Shown here: positions 11,505 to 20,926 of the stretch, in pieces
How the letters are laid out: each line of letters begins with the position of its first letter
Numbering within the stretch: position 1 is the first letter of the stretch
DNA from: Syntrophales bacterium
Lineage (GTDB): Bacteria; Desulfobacterota; Syntrophia; Syntrophales; UBA6807
Direction: 5' to 3'
Length of the DNA stretch: 64,000 bases
Assembly: GCA_040767195.1 (NCBI GenBank)
Contig: JAXGPA010000001.1
Span: forward strand, 352,001 to 416,000
Notes under the pieces: model-generated
Told to the model about the DNA's origin: nothing
Database searches by the model: none
What the model saw: only the letters and a program-made list of their open reading frames with translations
Position numbers and translations under genes: made by a program

Positions 11505-11825
11505 TCAGGCCTTCGAAAAGCGGCTGAAGTAGCTTTGAAACGCCTCGATAAAGGACGCCTTCTCTTCCAGGGGCAGGCCTTCCTCGAAGAAAAACTCGAG
11601 GAGAAAAAGGGTGCGGTAATCCACCGCCGAGGTCTTGTATTCCCGGGTCAATGTCACACGAACTTCCCGGAGCTTCGGAAAAGAAGGATGGTTTCTCAAT
11701 TCGCTTTTCCCGAGAACAAGTTCGATGGCTTCTTTTCCGTCCGATTCGTCCTGGAGCACCAGTTCGATTCCGGCCTGCTTCTTGACCGCCTGGATGATTT
11801 TTTCACTCTCCAGCCTTATTTTCAT
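11505..11825 (-). CDS. Hypothetical protein (106 aa)
   Basis: ATG with GGAG upstream, own promoter-like sequence, fills intergenic gap. Confidence 0.7.
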   Translation of the reverse strand: MKIRLESEKIIQAVKKQAGIELVLQDESDGKEAIELVLGKSELRNHPSFPKLREVRVTLTREYKTSAVDYRTLFLLEFFFEEGLPLEEKASFIEAFQSYFSRFSKA

Positions 11826-11873
11826 GACGACCGCTCCTGCGAAAAAAATTCACTGCCATAACCCCACAAGCGA

Positions 11874-11902
11874 AGAATAGTGAATCCCTCCTCACCGGTC
11901 AA
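11874..11902 (-). promoter_or_regulatory. Putative sigma70 promoter
   Basis: TTGACC-N17-TATTCT on the minus strand upstream of ORF 11825. Confidence 0.55.
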
Positions 11903-11962
11903 GAGAATTAGTGCGGCCGGGCCGTTTATCCATTTTAAACAGGCCGTCAGTGAGTGATCGCA

Positions 11963-12017
11963 GGCGCTCCGTGTTCTTTTACCGCACTACATGTGCGGTA
12001 AAAGAACACGGAGCGCC
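11963..12017. repeat. Perfect 25-bp inverted repeat with 5-nt spacer
   Basis: GGCGCTCCGTGTTCTTTTACCGCAC-TACAT-GTGCGGTAAAAGAACACGGAGCGCC. Confidence 0.95.
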
Positions 12018-12175
12018 CTTCGAAGGCGCGATGAAAGAAAAGACCCTCCCTTAACTGTGCGAATTGTGCCCTTTTTGACCCACCCATCCCGTAAACGAGA
12101 CGGGCGTTTCTCTTCGATTAAAATATATCTTCCGTGATTTCAAGTGCATAAATAATTTCTCCGGATCGGGTCAGC

Positions 12176-12191
12176 GGGCACTTTTTTTGCT
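12176..12191 (+). promoter_or_regulatory. Putative sigma54 (-24/-12) promoter
   Basis: GGGCACTTTTTTTGCT has exact GG-N10-GC spacing; AT-rich IHF-like tract at about 12117-12160; 39 nt before ATG 12230. Confidence 0.65.
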
Positions 12192-12229
12192 TGAAAAGGG
12201 GAGGGTTGTTATTTCCCGGAGGTGTTCCC

Positions 12230-13369
12230 ATGAAACGCCGCGGTTCCGCTGAACTCGACGCCGCCGTCATACAAAAAGGCCGCTGTATCGGCTGCGGCGC
12301 CTGTATCCACCTCTGTCCTTATTTTCGCTCCTACAGGGGCAAAACGGCCCTCCTCTTCCCGTGCACCGTGGGCGAGGGCCGCTGCTTCGCCTACTGTCCC
12401 AAGATCGAAGTCGACCTGGACGGGATATCCCGTTTTCTCCACGGAAAACCTTACGACGGGAGTCCCCTGGGAAATTACCGGAAGATTCTCGTTTCCAGGG
12501 CCGGGGAGAAAATGAAGGCCGGGGCTTTCCAGGCCGGGGGAACCGTGTCGGCCCTGCTTGATTTCGCCCTTCGGCGGAAGGTCATCCCCGGGGCCGTCGT
12601 CACCGGCCGGCAGGGCCTTCTGCCCGTTCCCCGTTTCGTCACCCGGCCCTCGGACGTCGTCCGTCACAGCCTGTCCAAATACGCGGCGGCTCCCACCCTG
12701 GGGGCCCTCAATGAAGCTCTTGATATAGGATACAGGGGATTGGGCGTTGTAGCCACCCCCTGCCAGGCGACGGCGGTGGCTCAGATGCGGATGAATCCCT
12801 TGAAAGAGCCTGATTTCCAGGACCCCGCCGGCCTCGTCATCGGACTTTTCTGCACCTGGGCCCTCGATTTCCGCCGTTTCGAAGAATTCCTGGCCGGGGA
12901 GGTGCCTCTCGAGGAGGTCGTCAAGATCGACATCCCCCCGCCCCCCGAAGAGGTGCTCGAGGTAACCCTCAGGACGGGCACGCGGGTTTTTCCCCTCGAA
13001 CGGGTCCGCTCCCTCGTCCCGGACACCTGCGGGCTCTGCCCCGACATGACCGCCGAGTTCGCCGACCTGTCCGTGGGCGTCCTGGAAGGACGAAAAGACT
13101 GGAATACCCTCATCGTCAGGACGGAACGGGGGGAGAAGATCGTCACGGAAGCGGCGGCCCGGGGCTATCTCATTCTTGAAGAAATGCCCGGGGAGAACCT
13201 GGAACACCTCCTGTGGGCGGCGGGCAACAAGAAGAAGCGGGGATTTCTCCGTGCCCGGGAGGACGGAACGGTCAACGGGGAACCGGGAAAGACCGTTTTC
13301 CGGCTGGCGCCGGACATCCTGGAGGGCATTCTGACAGACGACAGGAGGACCCATGTCGATTCTGACTGA
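12230..13369 (+). CDS. FrhB/FdhB-family (F420 hydrogenase/dehydrogenase beta-like) Fe-S flavoprotein with N-terminal ferredoxin domain
   Basis: CIGCGACIHLCP...CFAYCP; QAGGTVSALL, SKY, TPCQ, IGLFC, CGLCPD...ADLSVG, WNTLIVRT. Confidence 0.88.
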   Translation: MKRRGSAELDAAVIQKGRCIGCGACIHLCPYFRSYRGKTALLFPCTVGEGRCFAYCPKIEVDLDGISRFLHGKPYDGSPLGNYRKILVSRAGEKMKAGAFQAGGTVSALLDFALRRKVIPGAVVTGRQGLLPVPRFVTRPSDVVRHSLSKYAAAPTLGALNEALDIGYRGLGVVATPCQATAVAQMRMNPLKEPDFQDPAGLVIGLFCTWALDFRRFEEFLAGEVPLEEVVKIDIPPPPEEVLEVTLRTGTRVFPLERVRSLVPDTCGLCPDMTAEFADLSVGVLEGRKDWNTLIVRTERGEKIVTEAAARGYLILEEMPGENLEHLLWAAGNKKKRGFLRAREDGTVNGEPGKTVFRLAPDILEGILTDDRRTHVDSD

Positions 13370-15299
13370 CAAAAACGAAAACGCGCAGCATCTTCTCATG
13401 GGAAACGAAGCCATCGTCCGGGGGGCCCTGGAGGCGGGCGTCAGCGTCGCCGCCGGGTACCCGGGAACGCCTTCGTCGGAGATCATCGAACGCCTGTCCG
13501 AGGTGGCGGAGGAGCGCAACCTCTATGTGGAGTGGTCCACCAACGAGAAAGTGGCCGTGGAAGTCGCCGCGGCGGCCTCCTTCGCCGGGCTGAGGTCCCT
13601 GTGCGTCATGAAGCAGAACGGGGTCAACGTCGCCTCCGACTTTCTCCTTCACCTGGCCAGTTCGGGCACCCGGGGAGGGATGGTCCTCGTCACCTGCGAC
13701 GACCCGGGAGCGCTTTCCAGCGTCAACGAGGGAGAGTCCCGGCTTTTCGCCCGTCTCCTGGAAATTCCGCTCCTCGAACCGGGCGACTTTCAGGAAGCCA
13801 AGGACATCATGCCCTTTGCCTTCCAGCTCTCCGAGGATATCCGGAACATTGTCATGGTGCGGAGCGTCACCCGGCTGTCCCATGCCAGTGGAAATGTCCG
13901 GTACGGCTCCCTGCCGGACCGGGCGGACCGGGCGGAATTCGTCTTTCACGGCCCCCTCCTCGATCCGGACACAGGTCCCGTCATCAGCATGATCGTGGCG
14001 GCCCCGGAACGCCAGCACGGCCCGCAGCAGGAGAAACTGAAAAAAGCGGCGGAACGCTTCGAGACGTGTCCTTTCAATACCTACCAGGGACCGGAAAAGC
14101 CGGAGCTTCTCCTCATCACGTCGAGCGCCTGCTCTCTTTACAGTGCCGAAGCCCGGAGGATTCTCGACCTCGAAGACCGCGCCGGTATCCTCAAAATGGC
14201 CACCACGTGGCCCCTCCCCGAGAGGTTCCTGAAAAAACACCTCGCCGCGGCACAAAAAATTCTTTTCGTTGAGGAGGTCGCCCCCACCCTCGAGGATCAT
14301 GTCAAGGCCCTGGCCGCCGAATGGGGCGATGAAATCGGGCACAAAACCTTTTTCGGCAAGAAATCGGGACACATCCCCTCGGTGGGGGAACTCAACCCCG
14401 ATCTCGTCCTTTCCGCCCTGTCGCGGATTTTCGGAATCCCCTATGAAGCAGTCCCGGAAGACTTCTCCCGGGAAGTGAAGAACCTGTCCGAGGGATTTGC
14501 CCCCCCGAGAGGCATGACCTTCTGTCCCGGGTGCCCCCACCGGGCGTCCTACTGGTCCATCCACAACGCCCTGAAACTGGACGGCCGGGGCGGGTTCGTC
14601 TGCGGGGACATCGGCTGCTACGTCATGGGGACCCTGCCCGCCGGCTTCAGCACCGTCAAGACCCTCCACTGCATGGGCGCCGGAAGCGGCATCGCCAGCG
14701 GTTTCGGAAAGCTCCGCTCCTTCGGCATGGACCAGCCCGTCGTCGCCGTTTGCGGCGATTCCACGTTCTTTCACGCCGCCATGCCTGCCCTGGCCAACGC
14801 CATACACCAGCGGTCCCCTTTCACCATGATTCTCCTGGACAACCGGGGCACGGCCATGACAGGGTTCCAGCCCCACCCGGGATCCCCCACGAACGTCCTC
14901 GGGGAGGAGGCGCCGGCCCTGAACATGGAAAAGATCTGCCGGGCCATGGGGGCGAAGGTGGAGACGAGCGACCCCTTCGATCTCGAGAAAACCCGGGAGA
15001 AACTGAACCGCCTTCTCGAATACGGGGAAGGCGCCAAGGTACTCGTTCTCAAGCAGGCATGCGCGCTCAGCCCCGAGAGGCGGGGGCACCGGAAATACGA
15101 GATGGCCGTAGACGAGGACCGGTGCCGCGGCGAAAGCTGCGGCTGCGACCGCCTGTGCACCCGTATCTTCGGGTGCCCCGGCCTCGTCTGGGACCAGGAG
15201 AAGGGGTCGAGCCGGATCGATGAGATCATCTGTGCCGGCTGCGGCGTCTGTGCCGACATCTGTCCCGCCGGGGCCATCGTGAAAAAGGAGGTGTCCTGA
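13353..15299 (+). CDS. iorA: Indolepyruvate-type 2-oxoacid:ferredoxin oxidoreductase alpha subunit
   Basis: MGNEAI, YPGTPSSE, NEKVA, FCPGCPH, DIGCY, TPP motif GDSTFFH...LDN, C-terminal ferredoxin domain. Confidence 0.93.
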   Translation: MSILTDKNENAQHLLMGNEAIVRGALEAGVSVAAGYPGTPSSEIIERLSEVAEERNLYVEWSTNEKVAVEVAAAASFAGLRSLCVMKQNGVNVASDFLLHLASSGTRGGMVLVTCDDPGALSSVNEGESRLFARLLEIPLLEPGDFQEAKDIMPFAFQLSEDIRNIVMVRSVTRLSHASGNVRYGSLPDRADRAEFVFHGPLLDPDTGPVISMIVAAPERQHGPQQEKLKKAAERFETCPFNTYQGPEKPELLLITSSACSLYSAEARRILDLEDRAGILKMATTWPLPERFLKKHLAAAQKILFVEEVAPTLEDHVKALAAEWGDEIGHKTFFGKKSGHIPSVGELNPDLVLSALSRIFGIPYEAVPEDFSREVKNLSEGFAPPRGMTFCPGCPHRASYWSIHNALKLDGRGGFVCGDIGCYVMGTLPAGFSTVKTLHCMGAGSGIASGFGKLRSFGMDQPVVAVCGDSTFFHAAMPALANAIHQRSPFTMILLDNRGTAMTGFQPHPGSPTNVLGEEAPALNMEKICRAMGAKVETSDPFDLEKTREKLNRLLEYGEGAKVLVLKQACALSPERRGHRKYEMAVDEDRCRGESCGCDRLCTRIFGCPGLVWDQEKGSSRIDEIICAGCGVCADICPAGAIVKKEVS

Positions 15300-15925
15300 T
15301 GACGCCCGCCCAGCCCTTCGTTCGTGACCCTTTCAGCGTCGTCATCACCGGTGTCGGCGGCCAGGGGAACGTCCTGGCTTCCAGGCTTCTCGGAGCCATG
15401 CTCGCCGAAAAGGGCTTCTTCGTAACCATCGGGGAAACCTTCGGGGCGTCCCAGCGGGGAGGATCGGTGATGAGCCACGTCCGGATGTCCCGGGAAACGG
15501 TGTCGAGCCCCCAGATCCCCCGGGGAAGGGCCGACGTCATCGTGTCCCTCGAACCGGTGGAGGCCCTGCGGGTCCTTGCGGGTTACGGAAACCCCGACGT
15601 CGTGCTCCTGACGAACACCCGCCCGATTTACCCGGTCGGCGTCATCCGGGGAGAACTGGAATACCCCTCTCCGGACACCCTCAGGGAAGCCGTCCTCCGG
15701 ATCCTCCCCGGGGCCCGGTTCATTGACGGGACAGAGAAGGCCCTGGCGCTGGGAAACCCCATTCTCACGAACATCGTCATGCTCGGCGCCCTTCACGGCC
15801 TGGGGATCCTTCCCTTCGACCGGCGGGACTTTGAGCGGGCTATCACGGCGCGGGTGGCGGCGGAACACCTGGCGGTCAACCTGGCGGCCTTCGACGAGGG
15901 GAGCCGTGCCATCATGGACAGCTGA
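15299..15925 (+). CDS. iorB: Indolepyruvate-type oxidoreductase beta subunit
   Basis: GVGGQG, SQRGGSVMSHVR, NIVMLGA. Confidence 0.93.
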   Translation: MTPAQPFVRDPFSVVITGVGGQGNVLASRLLGAMLAEKGFFVTIGETFGASQRGGSVMSHVRMSRETVSSPQIPRGRADVIVSLEPVEALRVLAGYGNPDVVLLTNTRPIYPVGVIRGELEYPSPDTLREAVLRILPGARFIDGTEKALALGNPILTNIVMLGALHGLGILPFDRRDFERAITARVAAEHLAVNLAAFDEGSRAIMDS

Positions 15926-15948
15926 AAGTCCGGACGGGAAGGCGGGAG

Positions 15949-17475
15949 TCAGCCGGCGGCGACGATTTCGAAGTGCTCCTGGTGAAAATCGGGCATGACC
16001 TTGATAAGGATTTTTTTGTTCAGCTCCTTCTCCAGCTTTTCCAGGGTTCCCTTTTCATCTTCCAGGAGAAAGTCGGCCACGTCGGGGTTCAGAAGAACGG
16101 AGATCTTCTTTTCCACGCCCGGCACGCGGCGGCGGATCTCCCTGAAAATCTCGTAGCAGACCGAGGCCCGGGACTTGAGAACTCCCTTCCCCTCGCAGCA
16201 GGGGCAGGGCTCGCAGAGAATCTTCTCCAGGCTTTTCCCTTTCCGCTGGCGTGTCATCTCGATGAGGCCGAGGGGCGAGATCTTCTGTATGTTCGTCCTG
16301 TTCTTGTCCTTCACCATCTCCTCCGAGAGGGCCTGAAAGACCTTCTCCCGGTTTTCCTCATCCTCCATGTCGATGAAGTCGATGATGATGATCCCGCCGA
16401 TATTCCGGACCCGGAGCTGGTAGGCGATCTCTTTCACCGCCTCCAGGTTGGTGCTCAGGATGGTTTCCTCGAGGTTTCGTTTCCCCACGTATTTCCCCGT
16501 GTTCACGTCGATGGCCGTGAGGGCCTCCGTCTCCTCGATGGTGATGTAACCGCCGGACTTGAGCCAGACCTTCCGGTTGAGGATTCTCTTGATGTCCAGC
16601 TCCATGCCGAAGGCGTCGAAGAGGGGAATTTCCCCCTCGTGGAGTTCGAGGCGGTAGGCAACCCCGGGAAGGAAGGTTTCCATGAAGTCGATGACCTTCT
16701 GGTATTCCTCCCGGGAATCGATGACGATCCGGTCCATTTCCTCCGTGTAGAAATCCCGGATCGCCCGGAGGGTCATGCCCATGTCCTTGTGAACAAGCCC
16801 CGGGACCCCCACCCGGCCCCTCTTTTTGCGAATGGCCTCCCAGAGCCGGACCAGGTATTCCACATCGGCCTTCAGTTCTTCCCGGTTCTTGCCCTCGCTC
16901 ACCGTGCGGGCGATGAGACCATACCCCTCCTCGGGCTGCAGGTCTTCCAGGAGGTCCTTCAGCCGCTTTCTCTCGTTTTCGTCACGGATCTGACGGGAGA
17001 TGCCGATGTGTTTCACCGTCGGCATGAGCACGAGCTTTCTGCCCGGAAGGGAGATGTGGGTCGTCACCCGGGCGCCCTTGGTCCCCAGGGGCTCCTTGGC
17101 GATCTGAACGAGAACCTCCTGTCCCTCCTTCAAGAGATCCTCGATCTGGTAACCCGCGACCCGCTCGTACCATTTCCGATCGAAGGACTCTTCCTCCCGG
17201 TCGAGGATCTCCCCTTCTTCGGTAACGAGAAAATCGAGGTCCGAGACATCGTGAGAGGTGTCCGAAGCATGGAGGAAGGCGGCCCGTTCCAGGCCGATGT
17301 CCACGAAGGCTGCCTGCATGCCCGGAAGAACCCGGAGAACTTTTCCTACATAAATATTGCCCGCCAGTGTGTTTTCGTCGGCCCGCTCGATATAGAGACT
17401 GGAGAGGACATGGCTGTCCCGTATGGCGATCCGTGTCTCGTGGTCGGAACAGTTGATGATCATCTCTTTAGACAT
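15949..17475 (-). CDS. rng: Ribonuclease G / Rne-Rng family
   Basis: GNIYVGKV...LPGMQAAFVDIG, IDVNTG, GGIIIIDFIDM, CPCCEG; start ATG 17475 (MSKEMIIN). Confidence 0.95.
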   Translation of the reverse strand: MSKEMIINCSDHETRIAIRDSHVLSSLYIERADENTLAGNIYVGKVLRVLPGMQAAFVDIGLERAAFLHASDTSHDVSDLDFLVTEEGEILDREEESFDRKWYERVAGYQIEDLLKEGQEVLVQIAKEPLGTKGARVTTHISLPGRKLVLMPTVKHIGISRQIRDENERKRLKDLLEDLQPEEGYGLIARTVSEGKNREELKADVEYLVRLWEAIRKKRGRVGVPGLVHKDMGMTLRAIRDFYTEEMDRIVIDSREEYQKVIDFMETFLPGVAYRLELHEGEIPLFDAFGMELDIKRILNRKVWLKSGGYITIEETEALTAIDVNTGKYVGKRNLEETILSTNLEAVKEIAYQLRVRNIGGIIIIDFIDMEDEENREKVFQALSEEMVKDKNRTNIQKISPLGLIEMTRQRKGKSLEKILCEPCPCCEGKGVLKSRASVCYEIFREIRRRVPGVEKKISVLLNPDVADFLLEDEKGTLEKLEKELNKKILIKVMPDFHQEHFEIVAAG

Positions 17476-19984
17476 GGTCTTCCTCCCGCCGGGAAAACAG
17501 GGCTTCCTCTTTGACGATCCGGACCGCCCGGGCGGCTTCCTCCTCAAGACCGAAGACATGGGTTACGACGTCGAGGGGATTTCTGGTACCACCCTCGAGG
17601 AACGTCATTTCCATGCGAAGATCGTTTCCGGGCCCGTTCCGGGTGAAAAGACGGACAGGCGCCCGGAGGTCCTGCTCCCGGTTTTTTCCCTTGCGATTTT
17701 TCCAGGTTTTGACGCTCGCTTTTTTCATGAATTCCTGTATCCGTCCTTCCGTTTCTTCCGGTGTCAGGGTCAGAGCGGGGGTGAAATCGACAAAGTAAAC
17801 ATATCCCCCGATGGAGGCTCCCAGGGACGGGGTGCCCGGTCCTGCCTCCTCTATGGAGAGGACCTCGAGACCTGCGGGCAGGCCGTCGTTGACGGCCGCC
17901 AGGACATCCCCGGGGGCAAGGGGCGCCCGGAGGGAAAGCTCGGCATACTCGCAGAAACTTTCCATTCCCACGGGGGTGGCGTCGGTGAAGGATATCCTGG
18001 GCTGGGGGTGATACCCCTCGGAAAACCGGAAAGGCACCCCCGCCTTTCGGAATGCCCGAACCAGGGCGGCCGCCGTTTCGAGATGAGACAGGAAACGGCC
18101 TTCTGTTTTCTTGGCAAAACGGACACGGTACCGCCTCGAATCCTGCCGGGATTCCACCGGCGCCGGCGAGGGGGACCGGTCTTCCGGCATGCCGGGGTGT
18201 TTCTTTTCCAGGACGATGCCGATTTCCTTCGTGCAGGCGCCGCACCCGGTGCAGGGCCCGGTCCGGCAGTCGGCCGTTTCTTCCCCCCGAAGGGCCTTTT
18301 CGTACTCCGCCGCGAGAAAGGCCCGATGGACCCCGGCATCGACGAAGTCCCAGGGAAGGGGAGCGTCCCGGTCCCTTTCGTCGAGAAGCCTTTCCGGAAC
18401 GATCCCGAGGTCCGCCATGGCCGATTCCCAGGGGGCGAAGGAAAACTGCTCGCCCCAGCCATCCATGCGGCATCCCCGCCGGAAGACCTCGTGGACGAGG
18501 GCGCCTAGGCTCTCGTCGCCCCGTGACAGGAGACCCTCGAGAAGGCTCATGGAACCGTCGTGCCACCTGAGGTTCACATTCCGGTGTCCCATCCTCTTCC
18601 TGAAAAAATCCTGTCTTTCCCGGATCTCCCCCGTCGTGAGCTGCCGAGCCCACTGGAAGGGGGTGTGGGGCTTGGGGACGAAGGTGGACAGGCTCACCGT
18701 GACCTGCCGCCTGAAACCGCCCTCCCGAAGGACCTTGAAGGCCAGATCGGCAATTCCCTCCAGGTCTTCCCGGGTTTCCGTGGGAAGGCCCATCATGAAA
18801 TACAGTTTCAGGGACCGCCAGCCCGCGTCGAATACCGCCGATGCCGTTTTCAGCAGGTCCTCTTCCCGGTTTCCCTTGTTGATCACCTCCCGGAGTCTCC
18901 GGGTCCCCGCTTCCGGAGCCAGGGTAAAGCTCGTTTTTCGGACCCTGCGGATTTCCTGTATCAGCCTGTCTGTCAGGGTTTCCACCCGCAGCGACGGCAG
19001 GGCCAGGGCGACTTTTTCCCGGACGCAGCGGTCCATGAGGGTGCCCATGAGATCGCCGATGGCGGTGTAATCCCCTGAACTCAACGAAAGAAGGGAAATT
19101 TCGTCTCCCCCGGTGGCGCCGATCATGGCGTCGGCCATGTCCAGGATCGTTGCGGCGGGCCTCTCCCGGACCGGCCGCCAGACCATGCCGGCCTGGCAGA
19201 AGCGGCACCCCCTGGTGCACCCCCGGGCGATTTCCAGGGTGACCCGGTCATGAACGGTCCGGATGACGGGAACAACCGGCTTCCGGGGCTCCCTCCAGGC
19301 GGCGAGATTCGCCAGGGCCCGCTTGCGTATCGTCTTTTCCCGGCCGTGGAACCGGGGGACGTAGACCCCCTCGATGTCCCCGAGCCGGCGAAGCTTTTCT
19401 TCCCGCCGGGCCTTCGTCCCTTTCATCGCCCCCAGGAGCCCGGTGATTTCCAGCAGGGCCTCTTCCCCTTCCCCGATGACGAAGGCGTCCACGAACGGTG
19501 CCGTGGGCAGGGGGTTGAATGCCGACGGCCCCCCGGCGATGACAAGGGGGACTTCGCCATGGCGGTCTTTCGCGAAGAGAGGAATTCCCCCGAGATCCAG
19601 CATGGCCAGGACATTGGTGTAAGAGAGTTCGTACTGGAGAGAGAACCCGACCACATCGAACCGGTGCAGGGGTGTCCCGGACTCGAGAGACACCAGGGGA
19701 AGGCCCTTTTTCCGCATCCGCCTCTCCATGTCGGGCCAGGGAGCGAAGACCCGTTCCGGGACAATGGCCGGGTTTTCCCGGAGAAGACCGTACAGAATCT
19801 GGAGGCCGACGTGGGACATGCCCACCTCGTAGGTGTCCGGGAAGGCCAGGACCACGTTCAGGGTGCGCTCCGAGGGCCTTCTTCGCGAGGCGTTCACCTC
19901 GCCGCCCACGTAACGGCCCGGTTTTTCCACGAAGGGCAGTATATCGTCCCGAAAGGACATTTCTCTCATTTTGTCATTCCCCAA
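17468..19984 (-). CDS. TIGR03960-type B12-binding-like radical SAM protein fused to a DUF2344 (TIGR03936-type) domain
   Basis: RGCTRGCRFC, FPDTYEVGMS, FVPKPHTPFQW, C-terminal FLSHLE...FSEGYHPQP; usual neighbour of rng. Confidence 0.9.
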   Translation of the reverse strand: MGNDKMREMSFRDDILPFVEKPGRYVGGEVNASRRRPSERTLNVVLAFPDTYEVGMSHVGLQILYGLLRENPAIVPERVFAPWPDMERRMRKKGLPLVSLESGTPLHRFDVVGFSLQYELSYTNVLAMLDLGGIPLFAKDRHGEVPLVIAGGPSAFNPLPTAPFVDAFVIGEGEEALLEITGLLGAMKGTKARREEKLRRLGDIEGVYVPRFHGREKTIRKRALANLAAWREPRKPVVPVIRTVHDRVTLEIARGCTRGCRFCQAGMVWRPVRERPAATILDMADAMIGATGGDEISLLSLSSGDYTAIGDLMGTLMDRCVREKVALALPSLRVETLTDRLIQEIRRVRKTSFTLAPEAGTRRLREVINKGNREEDLLKTASAVFDAGWRSLKLYFMMGLPTETREDLEGIADLAFKVLREGGFRRQVTVSLSTFVPKPHTPFQWARQLTTGEIRERQDFFRKRMGHRNVNLRWHDGSMSLLEGLLSRGDESLGALVHEVFRRGCRMDGWGEQFSFAPWESAMADLGIVPERLLDERDRDAPLPWDFVDAGVHRAFLAAEYEKALRGEETADCRTGPCTGCGACTKEIGIVLEKKHPGMPEDRSPSPAPVESRQDSRRYRVRFAKKTEGRFLSHLETAAALVRAFRKAGVPFRFSEGYHPQPRISFTDATPVGMESFCEYAELSLRAPLAPGDVLAAVNDGLPAGLEVLSIEEAGPGTPSLGASIGGYVYFVDFTPALTLTPEETEGRIQEFMKKASVKTWKNRKGKNREQDLRAPVRLFTRNGPGNDLRMEMTFLEGGTRNPLDVVTHVFGLEEEAARAVRIVKEEALFSRREEDHV

Positions 19985-19990
19985 GAATGG

Positions 19991-20926
19991 TCACGTCCTT
20001 TCACGGAGAGATGCGAAGGTTTCCCGGACCACCTCCGCCGAACGCCTGAGGGCCGCCCGTTCCGCCTCTTCCAGGGGAATCTCGTAGACCTTCTCCACGC
20101 CGCCGGCCCCGAGCCTCACGGGGACCCCGATGTGAATCTCCCGGATGCCGTATTCCCCGTTGACGTAAGCGGAAACGGGAAAAAGGCGCCCACTGTCCCG
20201 GAGAACGGCTTCCACCATGACGGTCACGGCGGACGATGGCGCGTGCCAGGCGCTTCCCGTCTTCAGGAGCTTCACGATCTCGGCGCCGCCGTTTTTGGTT
20301 CTCTCGATGATGCGATCGAGGGTTTCCTTTTCGAGAAAGTGAAGGATGGGGACACCCTTCACGGTGGTGTACCGGTCCACGGGGACCATGGTGTCGCCGT
20401 GACTGCCCAGAACGAGGGCCTCGATGTCCCGGACGGAAACCCCCGTCGCTTCGGAAAGAAAATACCGGTACCGGGCCGAATCGAGGACGCCCCCCATGCC
20501 GAATACCCGCTCGGGCGGAAGGCCGGAAACGCGCCAGGCAAGATGGGTCATCACATCGAGAGGGTTCGTCACCATGATGATCATGGCACCGGGGGCGGCC
20601 TTCACGATTTTTTCCACCACGGTGCGGACAATACTCCCGTTCTTCGACGCCAGCTCCTCCCGGCTCATCCCCGGGCTTCGGGGGAAACCGGCCGTGAATA
20701 CAACGATTTCCGCGCCCGCCACGGCGGAAAAATCATTGGTCCCCACGACGGCGCCGTCCAGTCCTTCCAGGGCCGCCGACTGGGCCATGTCCAGGGCCCG
20801 TCCCTGGGGCAGGCCCTCCACGATATCCACCAGCACCACGTCGGCCAGGTTCCGCTCCGCCATGCGCTGGGCCGTCATGGTGCCCACGAACCCCGCGCCG
20901 ATAACCGCCACTTTCCTTCGCATCAT
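19991..20926 (-). CDS. mdh: Malate dehydrogenase (LDH-like)
   Basis: GAGFVG, TAGFPRSPGMSR, VTNPLD, LDSAR, LGSHGD. Confidence 0.95.
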   Translation of the reverse strand: MMRRKVAVIGAGFVGTMTAQRMAERNLADVVLVDIVEGLPQGRALDMAQSAALEGLDGAVVGTNDFSAVAGAEIVVFTAGFPRSPGMSREELASKNGSIVRTVVEKIVKAAPGAMIIMVTNPLDVMTHLAWRVSGLPPERVFGMGGVLDSARYRYFLSEATGVSVRDIEALVLGSHGDTMVPVDRYTTVKGVPILHFLEKETLDRIIERTKNGGAEIVKLLKTGSAWHAPSSAVTVMVEAVLRDSGRLFPVSAYVNGEYGIREIHIGVPVRLGAGGVEKVYEIPLEEAERAALRRSAEVVRETFASLRERT

